This document shows, one piece after another, positions 1 through 12,479 of a stretch of DNA of 50,835 nucleotides. The notes beneath the pieces are model-generated. The model saw only the letters and a list, made by a program, of their open reading frames with translations. It was not told where the DNA came from and made no database searches. Every line of letters begins with the position of its first letter. The stretch's first letter is position 1. Made by a program: the position numbers and the translations under genes. This DNA comes from Octopus bimaculoides (Eukaryota), in assembly GCF_001194135.2 (NCBI RefSeq), contig NC_068989.1, forward strand, positions 14,860,580 to 14,911,414. The letters are read 5' to 3'.

Positions 1-39
<39 letters not shown>

Positions 40-450
40 ACATATATAGATATTTGGGAATGAATATTCATGTGTGAGAGGGTGTGTATATCTGTATGGT
101 AGGTTGTGTATATGTACATATATACACACTCACACACATATGGCGGGGATAGCATATGTATCAACTGAGTGTGTACGTGTGCATAAGAGTACATGGGAGT
201 ATGGGAAAATGTATGCATATGAAGAGGTGTACATGTTATGCTTGCATTCTTACATACCAATTAAAACATTATGACATCATTCCAGGACAACAATAGCTCT
301 ATGGTATGTAATGAGAAAAAAAGAATTTGCAATCATAATTGCCTTGATAAAATAAAAAGCACTCAAACTACAGAACAATAATTAACTTCAACAAACCTCA
401 TAGAAGTACAAATAAGCACAAATATCAAAGACATAACATTTATATATACA

Positions 451-683
451 TACTCTTACTCTTTACTCTTTTACTTGTTTCAGTCATTTGACTGCGGCCA
501 TGCTGGAGCACCACCTTTAGTCGAAAAAAATCGACCCCAGGACTTATTCTTTGGAAGCCTAGTACTTATTTTATCGGTCTCTTTTTGCCGAACTGCTAAG
601 TTACAGGGACGTAAACACACCAGCATCGGTTTGTCAAGAGATGTTGGGGAGACAAATACAGACGCACAAACATATACACACAC

Positions 684-720
<37 letters not shown>

Positions 721-884
721 TACGACGGGCTTCTTTCGGTTTCCGTCTACCAAATCCACTCACAAGGCTTTGGTCGGCCCGAGGCTATAGTAGAAGACAC
801 TTCCCCAAGGTGCCATGCAGTGGGACTGAACCCGGAACCATGTGGTTGGTAAGCAAGCTACTTACCACACAGCCACTCCTGCGC
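451..884 (-). mobile_element. Full-length young tRNA-derived SINE, family A, with 9-bp TSD
   Basis: Minus strand: GCGCAGGAGTGGCTGTGTGG (A box), GGTTCAGTCCC (B box), GGCACCTTGGGGAAGTGTCTT, internal (TA)n, tail GACTGAAACAAGTAAAAGAGT; ATATATACA repeated at 442-450 and 885-893. Confidence 0.93.
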
Positions 885-943
885 ATATATACAAAAGCAT
901 CTCACTAGAGCTATATTCTCTTAAATAATATTTCAGTACAGTT

Positions 944-1154
944 AGGGTGGCCCAAAAGTAGGTTTACAGTTATCACATAGGTTCTTTAAATTTCTTTTAA
1001 AACATTTCATTACATTTAAATTTCTATCTTAGAGTTAACTAAATTAGCATAGAATAATGGTTTCGTATTTTTTAATAATTAATATCTAAACTGTTAATGT
1101 ATGAATGCGAAAGAGATAGTTGAATAACTGTAAACCTACTTTTGGGCCACCCTG
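944..1154. mobile_element. Tc1/mariner-type MITE (~210 bp)
   Basis: Perfect 30-bp inverted repeat AGGGTGGCCCAAAAGTAGGTTTACAGTTAT at 944-973 and 1124-1153; right end CCCTG followed by TA; AT-rich noncoding interior. Confidence 0.85.
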
Positions 1155-1171
1155 TATATTCGTTTATCCTT

Positions 1172-1354
1172 TTATTTGTTTCAGTCATTTGACTGCGGCC
1201 ATGCTGGAGCACTGCCTTTTCGTCGAACAAATCAACACCCAGGACTTATTCTTTGTAAGCCTAGTACTTACTCTATCGGTCTCTTTTGCCGAACCACTAA
1301 GTTACAAGACGTAAACACACCAGCATCGGTTGTGAAGCGATGTTGCGGGCGGGA

Positions 1355-1398
<44 letters not shown>

Positions 1399-1442
1399 CG
1401 GCAGGCTTCTTTCACTCACGAGGATTTGGTCGGCCCGAAGCC
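1172..1442 (-). mobile_element. Family A SINE, 5'-truncated with an internal deletion
   Basis: Body and tail match 451-884; (CA)n interior; head lost. Confidence 0.88.
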
Positions 1443-1606
1443 TGTTGTTAATTTGGGGTCCTAGTCTGTATTGCAAGGTCAAAAGGTACCATTGACAGAT
1501 TTGAAAGAAACAACCAATCTCAGTCATTAGTCAAGCTGTATAATGGATAAACTTACAGATCCCTTTGTAGCTCAAGAGACCAGAATTTGTTATATTGTTA
1601 CTAATA

Positions 1607-1766
1607 GGCGTAGGAGTGGCTGTGTGGTAAGTAGCTTGCTTACCAACCACATGGTTCTGGGTTCAGTCCCACTGCGTGGCACCTTGGGCAAGTGTCTTCT
1701 ACTATAGCCTCAGGCCGACCAAAGCCTTGTGAGTGGATTTGGTAGACGGAAACTGAAAGAAGCCCG

Positions 1767-1801
<35 letters not shown>
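1607..1801 (+). mobile_element. Family A SINE head, young, running into a gap at (TA)n
   Basis: GGCGTAGGAGTGGCTGTGTGG...GAAGCCCGTC(AT)n; about 7 differences over ~160 bp versus the 451-884 copy. Confidence 0.92.
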
Positions 1802-2620
1802 NNNNNNNNNNNNNNNNNNNNNNNNNNNNNNNNNNNNNNNNNNNNNNNNNNNNNNNNNNNNNNNNNNNNNNNNNNNNNNNNNNNNNNNNNNNNNNNNNNN
1901 NNNNNNNNNNNNNNNNNNNNNNNNNNNNNNNNNNNNNNNNNNNNNNNNNNNNNNNNNNNNNNNNNNNNNNNNNNNNNNNNNNNNNNNNNNNNNNNNNNNN
2001 NNNNNNNNNNNNNNNNNNNNNNNNNNNNNNNNNNNNNNNNNNNNNNNNNNNNNNNNNNNNNNNNNNNNNNNNNNNNNNNNNNNNNNNNNNNNNNNNNNNN
2101 NNNNNNNNNNNNNNNNNNNNNNNNNNNNNNNNNNNNNNNNNNNNNNNNNNNNNNNNNNNNNNNNNNNNNNNNNNNNNNNNNNNNNNNNNNNNNNNNNNNN
2201 NNNNNNNNNNNNNNNNNNNNNNNNNNNNNNNNNNNNNNNNNNNNNNNNNNNNNNNNNNNNNNNNNNNNNNNNNNNNNNNNNNNNNNNNNNNNNNNNNNNN
2301 NNNNNNNNNNNNNNNNNNNNNNNNNNNNNNNNNNNNNNNNNNNNNNNNNNNNNNNNNNNNNNNNNNNNNNNNNNNNNNNNNNNNNNNNNNNNNNNNNNNN
2401 NNNNNNNNNNNNNNNNNNNNNNNNNNNNNNNNNNNNNNNNNNNNNNNNNNNNNNNNNNNNNNNNNNNNNNNNNNNNNNNNNNNNNNNNNNNNNNNNNNNN
2501 NNNNNNNNNNNNNNNNNNNNNNNNNNNNNNNNNNNNNNNNNNNNNNNNNNNNNNNNNNNNNNNNNNNNNNNNNNNNNNNNNNNNNNNNNNNNNNNNNNNN
2601 NNNNNNNNNNNNNNNNNNNN

Positions 2621-2913
2621 GAGCGAAAACACCTGAAGCTTCACGAGGCTCCAGCAGGGGATGGTGGCGAACCCTGCTGTACTCTTTCACTACAACTTTC
2701 TCTCACTCTTACTTCCTGTTTCTGTTGTGCCTGTAATTCAAAGGGTCAGCCTTGTCACATTGTGTCACGCTGAATCTCCCCGAGAACTACGTTAAGGGTA
2801 CATGTGTCTGTGGAGTGCTCAGCCACTTGCACGTTAATTTCACGAGCAGGCTGTTCCGTTGATCGGATCAACTGGAACCCTCGACGTCGTAAGCGATGGA
2901 GTGCCAACAACAA
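2621..2913 (+). mobile_element. Family B SINE, 3' part (head in gap), (CAA)n tail
   Basis: Matches the reverse complement of 31782-32235 and 7331-7532; ends GGAGTGCCAACAACAA. Confidence 0.9.
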
Positions 2914-2980
2914 TATTTTTAGCTACTTCTAGTCAATGGTTGAGACAATGCCTTAAAGAGTTTAATAAAAAAAAAAATCA

Positions 2981-3714
2981 ACTTGATTTTAAATCTATTA
3001 TTTACTCTATCACTCTCTATTGCCAAATCACTAAGTTACACAGATATTGACAAATCAATACCAGTCATTAAGCAGGATGTAGGAGGAGACAAACACAAAG
3101 ACACCCCCACCACACACACACACTATGTGTGAAGGCACATGGCTCAGTGTTTAGAGTGTCAGGCTCACAATCATGAGGTAGTGAGTTCGATTTCCCAGAC
3201 CAGGTTGTGTGTTGTGTTCTTGAGCAAGACACTTTATTTCATGTTCCTCCATTTTACCCAGCTGTAGAGACGAGTTGCGACATTGCTACCAAGATGTATC
3301 AGCCTTTCCCTTGGATAACATCAGTGGAGTGGAGAGGGGAGGCTGGTATGCATGGGCGACTGCTGGTCTTCCATAAACAACCTTGCCCAGACTTGTGCCT
3401 CAGAGGGTAACTTTCTAGGTGCAATCCCATGGTCATTCATGATCGAAGGTGGTCCTTACCTTACCTTACTTTGTTTGTTTGTATGTATGTATGTATGTAT
3501 GTATGTATGTATGCATGCATGTATGTACACACACACACACACACACACACAAATGGACTTCTATACAGTTTCTGTCTACTAAATCCACTCACGAGGCATT
3601 GGTTGGCCCAGTGTTATAATAAAAGACCCTTGCCCCAAGGTGCCACACTGTGGGACTGAACCTAAAACTATGTGGTTGTTAAGCAAGCTTCTTAACTACA
3701 CAGTCATGCCTGTC
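2981..3714 (-). mobile_element. Old family A SINE (2981-3125 and 3552-3714) split by a family C insertion
   Basis: Degenerate A body left of C and A head right of C, joined through (CA)n/(GTAT)n. Confidence 0.7.
3127..3470 (+). mobile_element. Family C tRNA-derived SINE with a CORE-like domain
   Basis: GAAGGCACATGGCTCAGTG (A box), GAGTTCGATTTCC (B box), GTGTTCTTGAGCAAGACACTTTA resembling the MIR/CORE motif CTTGGGCAAGTCACTTAA; (CTTAC)n tail; three further copies in the window. Confidence 0.88.
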
Positions 3715-3803
3715 TTTTTTTTTTAATTAATTTTGTTCGTTGCATTACTTGTAGCTTGCCTAATACACACACACACACACACACACACACACCTCAGATA
3801 CAC

Positions 3804-3844
<41 letters not shown>

Positions 3845-4489
3845 ACAGATACACTCACATGCACTTATATATTTCATATTACTTGGTAAAAAAAAAGTAA
3901 AAATTTCAATATCACCCACAAAAAAAAAAGAAAAAAAATAATGAAACCGTTAAATTTCATTTTGTAAACGGATACAATATTTGAACTTTCTAGATTCAGT
4001 TACTTCCCAGTTGGCAGAGCTGAAACCCAAGCTGGTGAGTGTATATAAAATGGAGGCACCTGTAGCAAGGCCTAGAATCAAGACCTTACAGCTTTAGTAA
4101 CAAGAATCACATCACATTTAGGTCTGGCAACATGTCTTGAATATTAACCTATCAACTTGCTGGAACATCACCCCATATTAGAGACTGTTCTATTTTGTTT
4201 CAGTAGTTCCCTTGCTTTTCAGCAGTTTGGCAAATATGACTTATAGAACAAGTACCAGATTTTTTAAAAAGATAATAAGTACTGGGGCTAATTTCTGTGA
4301 CTAAAGCCTTCAAGGTAATGCCCCAGCAAAGCCACAGTCCAATAACTAAAACAAATAAATAATAACACCATGCTTTTGCTAACCGTTTTAAGTGTTTATG
4401 TAATTTCAAGCAGACATAGACATTCACTGTCCTCCCATCTTTGATCCAGTGGAACAATGAAGCTGTGACAGCGGGAGTGAAAGAGGCCA

Positions 4490-4630
4490 GCATCAGTGCT
4501 CAGCTGGTTCTCGTTTTCAGTTGAGTAGTCTGTAGCAACATCAAATGAAGGGTCTTACTCATGGACATAATGCATTACCCAGTCCAGGAATGAAACCCTA
4601 TGACCTTATGCTTGAGAACCAAATACCATT
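4490..4630 (-). mobile_element. Degenerate CORE-like SINE fragment
   Basis: Reverse complement resembles the C-family core (AGTAAGACCCTTCATTTGATGTTGCTACAGACTACTCAACTG). Confidence 0.5.
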
Positions 4631-5744
4631 AAAAAGAAATGGTTTAAGCCATATGAGTAAAACAGTCAATTCATAGAATTGCAACAAAAAAATTGCACAC
4701 CTATAAATAGGTAAAACTAAAGATTCCTTATTTTTCTCAGCACAGATGAACCCATTGCAGATTCTTAGGAATTTGCAGTTCAAATCCAGCAACTTAAAGA
4801 ATTCCCAGCTTAAACTTTACTGTGTAGGAACCAAGTATACTCAGTTCCATGCATGTGCACTTGAGATACAGAACTGGGTTAGCTTGTTTTCGACAGTGGG
4901 GCATTTGCCAAAATTCTCCATATTTCACATGACATATTACACACATTTGTTTTTACTGCCCAATAGAAAAGCGGTTGCTAGAAGAGATTTGCATATAATT
5001 AGCATGTCAGATCACCAGCAAAAAGTTACTCAGCACAATGAGGGTTAAGATCTCTTCTATCCCTGCTCCAATACAAGTGAAATGAAGTTGTTTTAGCCAA
5101 GAATGAAATCCGAGTTGCTGACAAAGCTTGCCGGGATCTTGTCTTCACAGTACAACAGTAATAACCCCCACCTGGGTACAATAGTTATCATTAAATCAAC
5201 TGGAATTCTGAAAGCTAGACAACAAGAATGCAGCAGTGGCTGTTAAAATAATGCATTAGCTAGATATTCTGCAGTTTCTCAGCTATCTGCAGTTTACTGT
5301 TGCATTACAAATAGCATTCCAAGGAATTGCATTGCTGCATATTGACTCAGACGGTGCAGTTTTGTGCAATAAATTATACATTGCGGCTGGAGAGAACAAT
5401 AAAAACAGTGTATATGTGTTGCTAATGTGCAGTAATGCAAGATAGGTTTCTTTATGACCTTGTTTCATTTCCTAGTAGGAGCTGTTGCACTTTACTTCTA
5501 CTCTTAGTGGAAAGCAAGCACATTACAACCTTTCTGGTTAGGTCCTTCTCATTGAGTGTGACTTAAATGAAGAGTGTTGAAGAAAACTTGAGGGTGACTG
5601 AACCATGGTTTGAGTGAGGGAGTGATTAATAATGGAAAGTCACTAATAAAAATGCATAAAAAAGTTGAAAATGGAGAACAAGAAAAATGTTAACCCAGCC
5701 ATATTAACAGGATTTTCTGAACATTTTTATGGATTCTTCTGAGC

Positions 5745-5747
5745 AGG

Positions 5748-5796
<49 letters not shown>

Positions 5797-6060
5797 CTGT
5801 GTGTCTGTGTTTGTCCCCTCACCATCACTTGGCAACCAATGTTAGTGTGCTTACATCCCCTGTGACTTAGCAGTTCAGCAAAAGAGACCATTAGAATAAG
5901 TCCTGGGGTCAATTTGTTCGACTAAAGATGGTGCTCCAGCATGGCTGCAGTCAAATGACTGAAACAAGTAAAAGAATAAGTCCTGGGGTCGATTTACTCG
6001 ATTAAAAGGCGGTGCTCCAGCATGGCCACAGTCAAATGACTGAAACAAGTGAAAGAGAGT
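5745..6060 (+). mobile_element. Family A SINE 3' half with a tandemly duplicated ~80-bp terminal module
   Basis: AGAATAAGTCCTGGGGTC...GACTGAAACAAGT occurs at 5893-5972 and 5973-6053. Confidence 0.88.
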
Positions 6061-6061
6061 A

Positions 6062-6252
6062 AACTGGACAAAATGCTTAGAAACAGTTCTTCTGACTTTA
6101 CATTCTGAGTTCAAGCACCACCAGGGTCAACTTTGCCTTTCATATTTTCGGTGTTGATAAAATAAATACCAGTTGAGCACTGGGGTCAATGTAATCAACT
6201 TACTCGCCCCTGAAAATTGCTGGCCTTGAGCCAAAATTTGAAACCAATATTA
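6062..6252 (+). mobile_element. Family D SINE, 5'-truncated
   Basis: CTGAGTTCAA B box, then GTCAACTTTGCCTTTCAT...GATAAAATAAATACCAGTTG; resembles the Deu/Nin central domain as I recall it (unverified). Confidence 0.8.
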
Positions 6253-6270
6253 AACATGTGATTATGAAAT

Positions 6271-6404
6271 AGAGTGGTTGGTGTCAGGAAGAGCATCCAG
6301 CTGTAGAAACCATGCCAAAACAGACTAGAGCCTGGTACAGCCCTCCGGCTTGCTGGCCCTTGTCAAATCGTCCACCCATGCCAGCATGGAAAAACAGATG
6401 TTAA

Positions 6405-6440
<36 letters not shown>

Positions 6441-6459
6441 CTGATGATGATAATGATGA
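6271..6459 (+). mobile_element. Family F: RTE-LINE-type 3' UTR with (GAT)n tail
   Basis: GGAAGAGCATCCAGCTGTAGAAAC...CCATGCCAGCATGGAAA...TTAAATGATGATGAT; the same module adjoins RTE coding remnants at 38570-39305. Confidence 0.8.
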
Positions 6460-7330
6460 ATAGCTCACGTGCATTACTTCAGAGATTACCGATAATAAGT
6501 TACATACCTGTGGTGCCCATGGTTATATAGATCCAGCAGAGTTGGGTAGGGGGCATAGTTGTGACGAATTCAAAAAGAACAAAAAAAAAAAAAGAAATCG
6601 TTCATAAAATTTCCAGCTTACCTGCAATAAAGTATAAAAAAAAAGAATTATTATTGTTACCATCATTATTGCAATTATTATTATTATTATTATTGTTATT
6701 GATGATGATGNNNNNNNNNNNNNNNNNNNNNNNNNNNNNNNNNNNNNNNNNNNNNNNNNNNNNNNNNNNNNNNNNNNNNNNNNNNNNNNNNNNNNNNNNN
6801 NNNNNNNNNNNNNNNNNNNNNNNNNNNNNNNNNNNNNNNNNNNNNNNNNNNNNNNNNNNNNNNNNNNNNNNNNNNNNNNNNNNNNNNNNNNNNNNNNNNN
6901 NNNNNNNNNNNNNNNNNNNNNNNNNNNNNNNNNNNNNNNNNNNNNNNNNNNNNNNNNNNNNNNNNNNNNNNNNNNNNNNNNNNNNNNNNNNNNNNNNNNN
7001 NNNNNNNNNNNNNNNNNNNNNNNNNNNNNNNNNNNNNNNNNNNNNNNNNNNNNNNNNNNNNNNNNNNNNNNNNNNNNNNNNNNNNNNNNNNNNNNNNNNN
7101 NNNNNNNNNNNNNNNNNNNNNNNNNNNNNNNNNNNNNNNNNNNNNNNNNNNNNNNNNNNNNNNNNNNNNNNNNNNNNNNNNNNNNNNNNNNNNNNNNNNN
7201 NNNNNNNNNNNNNNNNNNNNNNNNNNNNNNNNNNNNNNNNNNNNNNNNNNNNNNNNNNNNNNNNNNNNNNNNNNNNNNNNNNNNNNNNNNNNNNNNNNNN
7301 NNNNNNNNNNNNNNNNNNNNNNNNNNNNNN

Positions 7331-7532
7331 GCACAACAGAAACAGGGAGTAAGAGTGAGAGAAAGTTGTGGTGAAAGAGTACAGCAGGGTTCGCCACCAT
7401 CCACTGCCAGAGCCTCGTGGAGCTTTAGGTGTTTTCGCTCAATAAACACTCACAACGCCCAGTCTGGGAATCGAAACCGCGATCCTATGACCGCGAGTCC
7501 GCTGCCCTAACCACTGGGCCATTGCGCCTCCA
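7331..7532 (-). mobile_element. Family B SINE 5' part (tail in gap)
   Basis: Minus strand TGGAGGCGCAATGGCCCAGTGGTTAGGGCAGCGGACTCGCGGTCATAGGATCGCGGTTTCGATTCCC (A and B boxes). Confidence 0.92.
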
Positions 7533-7734
7533 CTCTCGTTCTATGGCATTCAGAAAGAGAAATAATTGCTTCTATTATATAGTTGACTAATCATATTGAT
7601 TCATCATATTGTGACCCATGTCATCAATAATGAAAAATAAGTGAGGTTAATAAACCACCACTCAATAACAACAACAACCACAACAACCACAACCACAGCC
7701 TAGCCTCCACTCCAGAGAGTGAGCAACGCCAACA

Positions 7735-7978
7735 AGGAAACAGTCATTTGATCTGTTTGAAAGAGCCGCGTAAGTCTCTTTCAAAGCCACACCCAACCAT
7801 CTTAAAAATTCAAAATAGGAAGCAGCATACACTGAATAATACAGTTTAAAAAGTATGACTATATCGGAGTAAAAGACGGGATGGTGATGACTGGAATGCT
7901 CTTTGATCATATCTATGCTTTACTAGGATGTTGGGGTGAAGGCCTGACCTGGTGTTAAAGAGCAAAACAGCAACAACA
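7735..7978 (+). mobile_element. Family I SINE-like repeat, degenerate, (CAA)n tail
   Basis: GGGATGGTGATGACTGGAATGCTCTTTGATCAT...GACCTGG...CAACAAC; related to 10935-11550 and 24760-24950. Confidence 0.65.
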
Positions 7979-8141
7979 CTTCTAAGCATCACCATTGAAA
8001 AGATATCAAGAAAGTGCATCAGCACTGATTTTCTTTTCTTTTTCTTTTTTTCATGGCTCAGCTGCGCCCACCTCTATGTGTGATGCATAAACATGACAGC
8101 ATATTCTGGTGACATCTTACACACAAACGCATATACATACA

Positions 8142-9029
<888 letters not shown>

Positions 9030-9043
9030 ACGACAGATAGATA

Positions 9044-9197
9044 TAGGTGCAGGTATAAATGTGTAGTTAAGAAGATCACTTTGTAACCACATGGTTTCAA
9101 GTTCAGTTCCACAGTAAGGCATCTTGAGCAAGTGTCTTTAAGTATAGCACTAGGCTGACCAATGCTTTCTGAGTGAATCTGGAAAATGAAGACTAAG

Positions 9198-9233
<36 letters not shown>

Positions 9234-9478
9234 GTGCATATGTGTGTGTGTGTGTGCATGCATGCATGTATGTGTATTGTGTTTGTCCACCACCACCATC
9301 ACTTGACAACTAGTGCTGGTTTGTTTACGTCTGTGTAACTTAGCAGTTTGGCAAAAGAGAATGACATAGAATAAGTACTAGATTTAAAAACTAGCGGTTG
9401 ATGTGTTTGACTAAACTCTTCAAGGCTGTGCCCCAGCAAGGCCCAGAGCCCAATAACTTAAACAAAATAAATAAGATA
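9044..9478 (+). mobile_element. Old full-length family A SINE
   Basis: Diverged head, (CT)n/(TG)n interior and diverged tail, colinear with young A copies. Confidence 0.75.
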
Positions 9479-9531
9479 ACATCTTCACACACACACACAC
9501 ACACACACAGGAGTCAAAACATGTGGGACCA

Positions 9532-9712
9532 GGTGCAGTAGTGGCTGTGTGGTAAGTAGCTTGCTTACCAACCACATGGTTCTGGGTTCAATCCCACTGC
9601 GTGGCACCTTTGGCAAGTGTCTTCTACTATAGCCTCGGGCTGACCAAAGCCTTGTGAGTGGATTTGCTAGACGGAAACTGAAAGAAGCCCGTCGTATATA
9701 TGTATATATATA
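9532..9712 (+). mobile_element. Young family A SINE head running into a gap
   Basis: Near-identical to 1607-1801. Confidence 0.92.
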
Positions 9713-10638
9713 NNNNNNNNNNNNNNNNNNNNNNNNNNNNNNNNNNNNNNNNNNNNNNNNNNNNNNNNNNNNNNNNNNNNNNNNNNNNNNNNNNNNNNNN
9801 NNNNNNNNNNNNNNNNNNNNNNNNNNNNNNNNNNNNNNNNNNNNNNNNNNNNNNNNNNNNNNNNNNNNNNNNNNNNNNNNNNNNNNNNNNNNNNNNNNNN
9901 NNNNNNNNNNNNNNNNNNNNNNNNNNNNNNNNNNNNNNNNNNNNNNNNNNNNNNNNNNNNNNNNNNNNNNNNNNNNNNNNNNNNNNNNNNNNNNNNNNNN
10001 NNNNNNNNNNNNNNNNNNNNNNNNNNNNNNNNNNNNNNNNNNNNNNNNNNNNNNNNNNNNNNNNNNNNNNNNNNNNNNNNNNNNNNNNNNNNNNNNNNNN
10101 NNNNNNNNNNNNNNNNNNNNNNNNNNNNNNNNNNNNNNNNNNNNNNNNNNNNNNNNNNNNNNNNNNNNNNNNNNNNNNNNNNNNNNNNNNNNNNNNNNNN
10201 NNNNNNNNNNNNNNNNNNNNNNNNNNNNNNNNNNNNNNNNNNNNNNNNNNNNNNNNNNNNNNNNNNNNNNNNNNNNNNNNNNNNNNNNNNNNNNNNNNNN
10301 NNNNNNNNNNNNNNNNNNNNNNNNNNNNNNNNNNNNNNNNNNNNNNNNNNNNNNNNNNNNNNNNNNNNNNNNNNNNNNCATATCAAATGACTTACTTGTA
10401 CACCTCAAAACCAAGAAAACATTCGCATCAGTTCAAACTCCCTACTTTCCCTTACACATTCTACTGAAAAATTAAACACAATTAATGAGAACCCTATAAA
10501 TTTCACATTTACTATAAATATAAACACCTACGCATCAGCACTTGAAAAGTACTGAATGCTTATTATACGACCTGAAAACTATAACACATAACACTCACTC
10601 ACATTAAAAATATTTAAGAGGAAAAGAAAAATCATGGG

Positions 10639-10682
<44 letters not shown>

Positions 10683-10934
10683 GACACTTGACATTCTTAA
10701 ATTTCTGGCAATCTTCTGTAAACTACTTGTAGGAAGGTGGGTGTTAAATATAAAGGAATCATTGTAAACACTTTAAACAGAATAATATTAATACTAGGAT
10801 AGACAAACACTAATGTTTCACCATCACGAATAAATAAATAAATAAATATACAGAGAATATAAAACAATATGTATTGTGAGCAAACGCTAACAAATGCATA
10901 CTTAAACACCAATAAGCAATACTATCATAACCAA

Positions 10935-11150
10935 TAAGAGTCATGTAGGGAGCCTCTACACGGTTACTCAACCTGCTAGAAATAGTCACTAATTCTCGCT
11001 GTGTGGTAAGTAGCTTGCTTACCAACCACATGGTTCTGGGTTCAGTCCCACTGCATGGCACCTTGGGGAAGTGTCTTCTACTATAGCCTCGGGTCGAACA
11101 AAGCCTTGTGAGTGTGGATTTGGTAGACGGAAACTGAAAGAAGCCCGTCG

Positions 11151-11187
<37 letters not shown>

Positions 11188-11550
11188 ATGTGTTTGTGTG
11201 TCTGTGTTTGTCCCCTTCAACATCGCTTGACAACCGATGTTGGTGTGTTTACGTCCCCGTAACTTAGCGGTTCAGCAAAAGAGACTGATAGAATAAGTAC
11301 TAGGCTTCCAAAGAATAAGTCCTGGGGTTGATTTGCTCGACTAAAGGCGGTGCTTCAGCATGGCCACAGTCAAATGACTGAAACAAGTAAAAGAGTAAAG
11401 AGTAACTTCTTAAATAAGGAATGGATAAATCAATTGGTGTAGTCCTTACCATATATGCTAAGGGAAGTTGTGATGGTCACAGCTGGAATACCTTTGATCA
11501 CAGGCTTGCTTAGTCAGAGTTGAGAGCTCAGGTTAAAATATCAACAACAT
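10935..11550 (+). mobile_element. Family I element (10935-10997 and 11406-11550) interrupted by a family A SINE
   Basis: CTCAACCTGCTAGAAATAG on the left and GATGGTCACAGCTGGAATACCTTTGATCACAGG on the right are colinear with 24760-24950. Confidence 0.7.
10998..11405 (+). mobile_element. Young near-full-length family A SINE
   Basis: Complete body and (AAAGAGT)n tail; lacks the first ~10 nt. Confidence 0.92.
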
Positions 11551-12010
11551 CAAATTTTGATCATTAGCCTACTCAATGGAATTGAGCTGGGGTTCACTAG
11601 TAACACCAACGTTTTATCATAGGTTTGATCAATCAGTGTTGAGCTGGGATTTAAACTTCAGCAACAACTTTTAATCATAGGAATGCTGAAGCAGAGTTGT
11701 GTTAGGATTAAACAACAACAATCTTGGATCATAGGTTTTTCTCAGTCAGAGTTGAGCTGAGATTAAACAACAACAATGGTATTGAGCTGGGGTTCAACAG
11801 TAACACCAACGTTTTATCACAGGTTTGATCAATCAGAGTTGAGCTGGGATTTAAACTTCAGCAACAACTTTTAATCATAGGAATGCTGAAGCAGAGTTGT
11901 GTTAGGATTAAACAACAACAATATTGGATCATAGGTTTTTCTCAGTCAGAGTTCAGCCGAGATCAAACAACAACAATCTTTGATCAGAGGTTTGCTCAAT
12001 CTAGGATTAA
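11491..12010 (+). repeat. Minisatellite of ~55-bp monomers derived from the family I tail, with a 200-bp higher-order duplication
   Basis: About 10 monomers TT(T/G)ATCATAGG...GAGTTGAGCTG...AAACAACAAC; 11578-11777 and 11778-11977 differ at about 9 positions. Confidence 0.9.
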
Positions 12011-12305
12011 ATAAATACACAAAACATCATCTGAACTGTTTAGATTGAGCATCAGCTACGTTCATCTCACCAGTGTAGGAGAGACTACAAAACTCATAGC
12101 CTACTCCTCCCCTACGACTACTTTATAAAACAACAACACTAACATGCACTCATCCGCACATACAGAATACTAACAAACACTGGCTCAAAAGTAATGCATA
12201 GAATATGTCTCCATGAGATAAATAATCAGAAGTGGGGAAAAAAATCAGGACAGCAAAAGAAGCAAACTATGTCGGTATGTTGAGGAGAAAAGAGACTTAG
12301 AGAGG

Positions 12306-12362
<57 letters not shown>

Positions 12363-12479
12363 TTAGTTAATCCCTACTAAAGTAATTTAAGTGGCTGGTT
12401 GAGATATTTTACACCTCTCACTCATAATGTCTTCATATTCATATTTTTAAAATATTTATTATATTTTACCTAATGTTAC

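Noticed and set aside
475-852. Recurring peptides such as MFQSFDCGHAGAP and GFGRPEAIVEDTCPRCHAVGLNPEPCGW
   Set aside because: Incidental translations of family A SINE copies, not a gene family.
5250-5470. Overlapping open frames on both strands in unique DNA
   Set aside because: About 60 codons, no recognisable domain and no consistent splice pair.
7440-7532. tRNA-like sequences (also 29011-29070, 32160-32235 and the A, C and D heads)
   Set aside because: They have A/B boxes but no proper acceptor stem or cloverleaf, and they run into multi-copy SINE bodies; not genuine tRNA genes.
10396-10463. Minus-strand segment with good splice signals
   Set aside because: All frames contain stops; such signals are frequent by chance in AT-rich DNA.
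11491-12010. Possible CRISPR-like repeat-spacer array
   Set aside because: Monomers are contiguous diverged repeats without unique spacers, there are no cas genes, and the context is eukaryotic.
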